Positions 55,501-64,000 of a DNA stretch of 64,000 nt are shown in pieces. The stretch lies in NCBI RefSeq assembly GCF_009914755.1, contig NC_060936.1. One strand, 5' to 3'. This DNA comes from the human T2T-CHM13v2.0 reference genome, Homo sapiens. The position numbers and the translations under genes were made by a program. The notes under the pieces are model-generated. The model had not been told where the DNA came from. It did not search any database and worked only from the letters and a program-made list of their open reading frames with translations. The stretch's first letter is position 1. The number at the start of each line of letters is the position of its first letter.

Positions 55501-58500
55501 ACACAAACCACAAATAAGTTACTGAGTATTCTTCTGTCGAACATTACTTGAAGAAATCCCGTTTCCAACGAAGGCCTCAAAGAGGTCCAAATATCCACTT
55601 GCAGACATTACAAACCGAGTGTTTCCAAACTGCTCCATCAACAGAAAGGTTAAACTCTGTGAGCTGAACACACACATCAAAAAGAAGTTTCTGTGAATGA
55701 TTCTGTCTAGATTTTATAAAAAGATGTTTCCTTTTCTACCGTAGGCCACAAAGCGCTTGAAATCTCCAGCTGCAAATTCCACAAAAAGGGTGTTTAACAT
55801 CTGCTCTTCTAAAGGAAAGTTCAACTCTATGCGTTGAATACACACAGCACAAAGAAGTTACTGAGACTTCTCCTATCAAACATTATATGAAGAAATCCCG
55901 TTTCCAACGAAGGCCTCAAAGAGGTCCAAATATCTGCTTGCAGACTTTACAGACAGAGTGTTTCCAAACTGCTCCATCAAAAGAAAGGTTAAACTCCTTG
56001 AGTTGAACACACACATCACAAAGTAGTTTCTGTGAATGATTCTGTCTAGTTTTTATACGAAGATGTTTCCTTTTCTACCTTTGGTCTCAAAGCGATTGAA
56101 ATCTCCACATGGAAACTCCACAAAAAGAGTGTTTCAAATCTGCTCTTTCTGAAGGAAGGTTCAACTCTGTGAGTTGAATACACACACCACAAATAAGTTA
56201 CTGAGAATTCTTCTGTGTAACATTATATGAGGAAATCCCGTTTCCAATGAAGGCCTCAAAGAGGTCCAAATATCCACTTGCAGACTTTACAAAGACAGTG
56301 TCTCCAAACTCCTCCATCAAAAGAAAGGTTATACTCTGTGAATTGAACGCACACATCACAAAGTAGTTTCTGAGAACGATTCTGTCTAGTTTTCATACGA
56401 AGATATTTCCTTTTCTACATTTGGCCTAAAAGCGCTTGAAATCTCCACCTGCAAATATCACAAAAACAGGGTTTCACATCTGCTCTGTCTAAAGGACAGT
56501 TCACCTCTGTGAGTTGAATAGAGGCAACACAAAGAACTTACTCAGTATTCTTCTTTCTAGCGTTCTATGAAGAAATCCCGTTTCCCAAGAAGGCCTCAAA
56601 GAGGTCCAAATATCTGCTTGCAGACATTACAGACAGAGTGTTTCCAAACTACTCTATGAAAAGAAAGCTTAAACTCCTTGAGTTGAACGCACACATCACA
56701 AAGTAGTTTCTGAGAATGATTCTGTCTAGTTTTTATACGAAGATGTTTCCTTTTCTACATTTGGTCTCAAAGCGATTGAAATCTCCAACTGGAAACTGCA
56801 CAAATAGGGTGTTTCAAATCTGCTCTGTCTAAAGGAAGGTTCAACTCTGTGAGTTGAATACACACACCACAAATAAGTTACTGAGAATTCTTCTGTCGAA
56901 CATTACTTGAAGAAATACCGTTTCCAAAGAAGGCCTCAAAGAGGTCAAAATATCCACTTGCAGACATTACAAACAGAGTGTTTCAAAACTGCTCCATCAA
57001 AAGAAAGGTTAAACTCTGTGAGCTGAACACACACATGAAAAAGAAGTTTCTGTGAATGATTCTGTCTAGATTTTATAAGAAGATGTTTCCTTTTCTACCG
57101 TAGGCCTCAAAGCGCTTGAAATCTCCAGCTGCAAATTCTACAAAAAGGGTGTTTAACATCTGCTCTTCTAAAGGAAAGTTCAACTCTATGCGTTGAATAA
57201 ACACAGCAGAAAGAAGTTACTGAGACTTCTCCTATCAAACATTATATGAAGAAATCCCGTTTCCAACGAAGGCCCCAAAGAGGTCCAAATATCTGCTTGC
57301 AGACTTTACAGACAGAGTTTTTCCAAACAGCTCCATCAAAAGAAAGGTTAAACTCCTTGAGTTGAACACACACATCACAAAGTAGTTTCTGTGAATGATT
57401 CTGTCTAGTTTTTATACGAAGATGTTTCCTTTTCTACCTTTGGTCTCAAAGCGATTGAAATCTCCACATGGAAACTCCACAAAAAGAGTGTTTCAAATCT
57501 GCTCTTTCTGAAGGAAGGTTCAACTCTGTGAGTTGAATACACACACCACAAATAAGTTACTGAGAATTCTTCTGTGTAACATTATATGAGGAAATCCCGT
57601 TTCCAACGAAGGCCTCAAAGAGGTCCAAATATCCACTTGCAGACTTTACAAAGACAGTGTCTCCAAACTCCTCCATCAAAAGAAAGGTTATACTCTGTGA
57701 ATTGAACGCACACATCACAAAGTAGTTTCTGAGAACGATTCTGTCTAGTTTTCATACGAAGATATTTCCTTTTCTACATTTGGCCTAAAAGCGCTTGAAA
57801 TCTCCACCTGCAAATATCACAAAAAGAGGGTTTCACATCTGCTCTGTCTAAAGGACAGTTCACCTCTGTGAGTTGAATAGAGGCAACACAAAGAACTTAC
57901 TCAGTATTCTTCTTTCTAGCGTTCTATGAAGAAATCCCGTTTCCAACGAAGGCCTCAAAGAGGTCCAAATATCTGCTTGCACACTTTACAGACAGAGTGT
58001 TTCCAAACTACTCTATGAAAAGAAAGCTTAAACTCCTTGAGTTGAACGCACACATCACAAAGTAGTTTCTGAGAATGATTCTGTCTAGTTTTTATACGAA
58101 GATGTTTCCTTTTCTACATTTGGTCTCAAAGCGATTGAAATCTCCAACTGGAAACTGCACAAATAGGGTGTTTCAAATCTGCTCTGTCTAAAGGAAGGTT
58201 CAACTCTGTGAGTTGAATACACACACCACAAATAAGTTACTGAGAATTCTTCTGTCGAACATTACTTGAAGAAATACCGTTTCCAAAGAAGGCCTCAAAG
58301 AGGTCAAAATATCCACTTGCAGACATTACAAACAGAGTGTTTCAAAACTGCTCCATCAAAAGAAAGGTTAAACTCTGTGAGCTGAACACACACATGAAAA
58401 AGAAGTTTCTGTGAATGATTCTGTCTAGATTTTATAAGAAGATGTTTCCTTTTCTACCGTAGGCCTCAAAGCGCTTGAAATCTCCAGCTGCAAATTCTAC

Positions 58501-61500
58501 AAAAAGGGTGTTTAACATCTGCTCTTCTAAAGGAAAGTTCAACTCTATGCGTTGAATAAACACAGCAGAAAGAAGTTACTGAGACTTCTCCTATCAAACA
58601 TTATATGAAGAAATCCCGTTTCCAACGAAGGCCCCAAAGAGGTCCAAATATCTGCTTGCAGACTTTACAGACAGAGTTTTTCCAAACAGCTCCATCAAAA
58701 GAAAGGTTAAACTCCTTGAGTTGAACACACACATCACAAAGTAGTTTCTGTGAATGATTCTGTCTAGTTTTTATACGAAGATGTTTCCTTTTCTACCTTT
58801 GGTCTCAAAGCGATTGAAATCTCCACATGGAAACTCCACAAAAAGAGTGTTTCAAATCTGCTCTTTCTGAAGGAAGGTTCAACTCTGTGAGTTGAATACA
58901 CACACCACAAATAAGTTACTGAGAATTCTTCTGTGTAACATTATATGAGGAAATCCCGTTTCCAACGAAGGCCTCAAAGAGGTCCAAATATCCACTTGCA
59001 GACTTTACAAAGACAGTGTCCCCAAACTCCTCCATCAAAAGAAAGGTTATACTCTGTGAATTGAACGGACACATCACAAAGTAGTTTCTGAGAATGATTC
59101 TGTCTAGTTTTTACACGAAGATATTTCCTTTTCTACATTTGGCCTAAAAGCGCTTGAAATCTCCACCTGCAAATATCACAAAAAGAGGGTTTCACATCTG
59201 CTCTGTCTAAAGGACAGTTCACCTCTGTGAGTTGAATAGAGGCAACACAAAGAACTTACTCAGTATTCTTCTTTCTAGCGCTCTATGAAGAAATCCCGTT
59301 TCCAACGAATGCCTCAAAGAGGTCCAAATATCTGCTTGCAGACTTCAGAGACAGAGTGTTTCCAAAGTACTCTATGAAAAGAAAGCTTAAACTCCTTGAG
59401 TTGAACGCACACATCACAAAGTAGTTTCTGAGAATGATTCTGTCTAGTTTTTATACGAAGATGTTTCCTTTTCTACATTTGGTCTCAAAGCGATTGAAAT
59501 CTCCAACTGGAAACTGCACAAATAGGGTGTTTCAAATCTGCTCTTTCTAAAGGAAGGTTCAACTCTGTGAGTTGAATACACACACCACAAATAAGTTACT
59601 GAGAATTCTTCTGTCGAACATTACATGAAGAAATCCCGTTTCCAACGAAGGCCTCAAAGAGGTCCAAATATCCACTTGCAGACATTACAAACAGTGTGTT
59701 TCCAAACTGCTCCATCAAAAGAAAGGTTAAACTCTGTGAGCTGAACACACATCAAAAAGAAGTTTCTGTGAATGATTCTGTCTAGATTTTATAAGAAGAT
59801 GTTTCCTTTTCTACAGTACGCCACAAAGCGCTTGAAATCTCCAGCTGCAAATTCCACAAAAAGGGTGTTTAACATCTGCTCTTCTAAAGGAAAGTTCAAC
59901 TCTATGAGTTAAATAAACACAGCAGAAAGAATTTACTGAGACTTCTCCTATCAAACATTATATGAAGAAATCCCGTTTCCAACGAAGGCCTCAAAGAGGT
60001 CCAAATATCTGCTTGCAGACTTTACAGACAGAGTGTTTCCAAACTGCTCCATCAAAAGAAAGGTTAAACTCCTTGAGTTGAACACACACATCACAAAGTA
60101 GTTTCTGTGAATGATTCTGTCTAGTTTTTATACGAAGATGTTTCCTTTTCTACCTTTGGTCTCAATGCGATTGAAATCTCCACATGGAAACTCCACAAAA
60201 AGAGTGTTTCAAATCTGCTCTTTCTGAAGGAAGGTTCAACTCTGTGAGTTGAATACACACACCACAAATAAGTTACTGAGAATTCTTCTGTGTAACATTA
60301 TATGAGGAAATCCCGTTTCCAACGAAGGCCTCAAAGAGGTCCAAATATCCACTTGCAGACTTTACAAAGACAGTGTCTCCAAACTCCTCCATCAAAAGAA
60401 AGGTTATACTCTGTGAATTGAACGCACACATCACAAAGTAGTTTCTGAGAATGATTCTGTCTAGTTTTTATACGAAGATATTTCCTTTTCTACATTTGGC
60501 CTAAAAGCGCTTGAAATCTCCACCTGCAAATATCACAAAAAGAGGGTTTCACATCTGCTCTGTCTAAAGGACAGTTCACCTCTGTGAGTTGAATAGAGGC
60601 AACACAAAGAACTTACTCAGTATTCTTCTTTCTAGCGTTCTATGAAGAAATCCCGTTTCCAACGAAGGCCCCAAAGAGGTCCAAATATCTGCTTGCAGAC
60701 TTTACAGACAGAGTGTTTCCAAACTACTCTATGAAAAGAAAGCTTAAACTCCTTGAGTTGAACGCACACATCACAAAGTAGTTTCTGAGAATGATGCTGT
60801 CTAGTTTTTATACGAAGATGTTTCCTTTTCTACATTTGGTCTCAAAGCGATTGAAATCTCCAACTGGAAACTGCACAAATAGGGTGTTTCAAATCTGCTC
60901 TGTCTAAAGGAAGGTTCAACTCTGTGAGTTGAATACACACACCACAAATAAGTTACTGAGTATTCTTCTGTCGAACATTACTTGAAGAAATCCCGTTTCC
61001 AACGAAGGCCTCAAAGAGGTCCAAATATCCACTTGCAGACATTACAAACCGAGTGTTTCCAAACTGCTCCATCAACAGAAAGGTTAAACTCTGTGAGCTG
61101 AACACACACATCAAAAAGAAGTTTCTGTGAATGATTCTGTCTAGATTTTATAAAAAGATGTTTCCTTTTCTACCGTAGGCCACAAAGCGCTTGAAATCTC
61201 CAGCTGCAAATTCCACAAAAAGGGTGTTTAACATCTGCTCTTCTAAAGGAAAGTTCAACTCTATGCGTTGAATACACACAGCACAAAGAAGTTACTGAGA
61301 CTTCTCCTATCAAACATTATATGAAGAAATCCCGTTTCCAACGAAGGCCTCAAAGAGGTCCAAATATCTGCTTGCAGACTTTACAGACAGAGTGTTTCCA
61401 AACTGCTCCATCAAAAGAAAGGTTAAACTCCTTGAGTTGAACACACACATCACAAAGTAGTTTCTGTGAATGATTCTGTCTAGTTTTTATACGAAGATGT

Positions 61501-62831
61501 TTCCTTTTCTACCTTTGGTCTCAAAGCGATTGAAATCTCCACATGGAAACTCCACAAAAAGAGTGTTTCAAATCTGCTCTTTCTGAAGGAAGGTTCAACT
61601 CTGTGAGTTGAATACACACACCACAAATAAGTTACTGAGAATTCTTCTGTGTAACATTATATGAGGAAATCCCGTTTCCAATGAAGGCCTCAAAGAGGTC
61701 CAAATATCCACTTGCAGACTTTACAAAGACAGTGTCTCCAAACTCCTCCATCAAAAGAAAGGTTATACTCTGTGAATTGAACGCACACATCACAAAGTAG
61801 TTTCTGAGAACGATTCTGTCTAGTTTTCATACGAAGATATTTCCTTTTCTACATTTGGCCTAAAAGCGCTTGAAATCTCCACCTGCAAATATCACAAAAA
61901 CAGGGTTTCACATCTGCTCTGTCTAAAGGACAGTTCACCTCTGTGAGTTGAATAGAGGCAACACAAAGAAATTACTCAGTATTCTTCTTTCTAGCGTTCT
62001 ATGAAGAAATCCCGTTTCCCAAGAAGGCCTCAAAGAGGTCCAAATATCTGCTTGCAGACATTACAGACAGAGTGTTTCCAAACTACTCTATGAAAAGAAA
62101 GCTTAAACTCCTTGAGTTGAACGCACACATCACAAAGTAGTTTCTGAGAATGATTCTGTCTAGTTTTTATACGAAGATGTTTCCTTTTCTACATTTGGTC
62201 TCAAAGCGATTGAAATCTCCAACTGGAAACTGCACAAATAGGGTGTTTCAAATCTACTCTGTCTAAAGGAAGGTTCAACTCTGTGAGTTGAATACACACA
62301 CCACAAATAAGTTACTGAGAATTCTTCTGTCGAACATTACAGGAAGAAATCCCGTTTCCAACGAAGGCCTCAAAGAGGTCCAAATATCCACTTGCAGACA
62401 TTACAAAGAGAGTGTTTCCAAACTGCTCCATCAAAAGAAAGGTTAAACTCTGTGAGCTGAACACACACATCAAAAAGAAGTTTCTGTGAATGATTCTGTC
62501 TAGATTTTATAAGAAGATGTTTCCTTTTCTACCGTAGGCCTCAAAGCGCTTGAAATCTCCAGCTGCAAATTCCACAAAAAGGGTGTTTAACATCTGCTCT
62601 TCTAATGGAAATTTCAACTCTATGAGTTGAATACACACAGCACAAAGAAGTTACTGAGACTTCTCCTATCAAACATTATATGAAGAAATCCCGTTTCCAA
62701 CGAAGGCCCCAAAGAGGTCCAAATATCTGCTTGCAGACTTTACAGACAGAGTTTTTCCAAACAGCTCCATCAAAAGAAAGGTTAAACTCCTTGAGTTGAA
62801 CACACACATCACAAAGTAGTTTCTGTGAATG
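46530..62831. repeat. Super-HOR: ~3 tandem copies of a 4-HOR (32-monomer) 5434-bp unit built from canonical 8-mers
   Basis: HOR starts 46530/51964/57398, 47889/53323/58757, 49246/54680/60114 and 50605/56039/61473 differ by 5434, and each class has its own SNV set. Confidence 0.88.
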
Positions 62832-64000
62832 ATTCTGTCTAGTTTTTATACGAAGATATTTCCTTTTCTACCTTTGGTCTCAAAGCGATTGAAATCTCCA
62901 CATGGAAACTCCACAAAAAGAGTGTTTCAAATCTGCTCTTTCTGAAGGAAGGTTCAACTCTGTGAGTTGAATACACACACCACAAATAAGTTACTGAGAA
63001 TTCTTCTGTGTAACATTATATGAGGAAATCCCGTTTCCAACGAAGGCCTCAAAGAGGTCCAAATATCCACTTGCAGACTTTACAAAGACAGTGTCTCCAA
63101 ACTCCTCCATCAAAAGAAAGGTTATACTCTGTGAATTGAACGCACACATCACAAAGTAGTTTCTGAGAACGATTCTGTCTAGTTTTCATACGAAGATATT
63201 TCCTTTTCTACATTTGGCCTAAAAGCGCTTGAAATCTCCACCTGCAAATATCACAAAAACAGGGTTTCACATCTGCTCTGTCTAAAGGACAGTTCACCTC
63301 TGTGAGTTGAATAGAGGCAACACAAAGAACTTACTCAGTATTCTTCTTTCTAGCGTTCTATGAAGAAATCCCGTTTCCAACGAAGGCCTCAAAGAGGTCC
63401 AAATATCTGCTTGCACACTTTACAGACAGAGTGTTTCCAAACTACTCTATGAAAAGAAAGCTTAAACTCCTTGAGTTGAACGCACACATCACAAAGTAGT
63501 TTCTGAGAATGATTCTGTCTAGTTTTTATACGAAGATGTTTCCTTTTCTACATTTGGTCTCAAAGCGATTGAAATCTCCAACTGGAAACTGCACAAATAG
63601 GGTGTATCAAATCTGCTCTGTCTAAAGAAGGTTCAACTCTGTGAGTTGAATACACACACCACAAATAAGTTACTGAGAATTCTTCTGTCGAACATTACTT
63701 GAAGAAATCCCGTTTCCAACGAAGGCCTCAAAGAGGTCCAAATATCTGCTTGCAGACTTTACAGACAGAGTGTTTCCAAACTACTCTATGAAAAGAAAGC
63801 TTAAACTCCTTGAGTTGAACGCACACATCACAAAGTAGTTTCTGAGAATGATTCTGTCTAGTTTTTATACGAAGATGTTTCCTTTTCTACATTTGGTCTC
63901 AAAGCGATTGAAATCTCCAACTGGAAACTGCACAAATAGGGTGTTTCAAATCTGCTCTGTCTAAAGGAAGGTTCAACTCTGTGAGTTGAATACACACACC

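Larger units (their letters stand above)
1..64000 (-). repeat. Centromeric alpha-satellite HOR array, suprachromosomal family 1 (dimeric), 8-monomer ~1359-bp HOR; probably human chromosome 12 D12Z3
   Basis: ATTCTGTCTAG recurs every 338-340 bp through the whole window, and the two halves of each 340-mer are diverged ~171-bp alphoid monomers. There is a CENP-B box site in every second monomer, and four dimer types cycle A-B-C-D with a 1359-bp period. Each canonical HOR has one HindIII (e.g. 967-972) and one PvuII site (e.g. 1428-1433), and EcoRI sites in dimers A and C (e.g. 167-172). The alpha-satellite call is near certain. The D12Z3 assignment is from recall (~0.75); D10Z1 is the alternative SF1 8-mer. 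Confidence 0.98.

Noticed and set aside
198-63724. Regularly spaced conserved ~35-bp motif resembling a CRISPR repeat
   Set aside because: The intervening sequences are ~300-bp homologous satellite rather than unique spacers, there are no cas genes, and the motif is the CENP-B box region.
1-64000. Possible inversion, L1/Alu insertion or unique-sequence island
   Set aside because: The dimer start recurs at 338-340 bp spacing without a gap, and the CENP-B box is always in the same orientation, which leaves no room for an insertion.
1-64000. A novel gene-encoded biological system
   Set aside because: No coding or structured-RNA feature is supportable. Everything is explained by alpha-satellite HOR structure and its turnover.

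Overview
The whole 64 kb is one uninterrupted, single-orientation primate (most likely human) centromeric alpha-satellite array. It has ~171-bp monomers paired into ~340-bp dimers (about 188 dimers), and each dimer has one CENP-B box site, read on the minus strand. This is suprachromosomal family 1 organisation. Four distinguishable dimers, which I label A, B, C and D (each starting at ATTCTGTCTAG; lower-case a-d denote their second halves), form a canonical 8-monomer higher-order repeat (HOR) of 1359 bp with one HindIII and one PvuII site. This best fits chromosome 12 D12Z3 (from recall, not a database search). I see no genes, RNA genes, transposons, inversions or CRISPR arrays, and the listed ORFs are satellite artefacts. 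I cannot support a new gene-encoded system. The interesting content is architectural. (i) Bases 1-45171 are dominated by HOR structural variants (2- to 18-mers; only 8 of 29 A-to-A units are canonical) and by nested duplications with offsets of 2379, 2378, 3733, 6793, 9849 and 21057 bp. (ii) Bases 45172-62831 are 13 consecutive canonical 8-mers, in which SNVs reveal a hidden 5434-bp (32-monomer) super-repeat present about three times. (iii) All rearrangements keep the dimer phase, many switch near the CENP-B box, and CENP-B box damage is unevenly spread among dimer types. All counts were made by eye and should be confirmed computationally.
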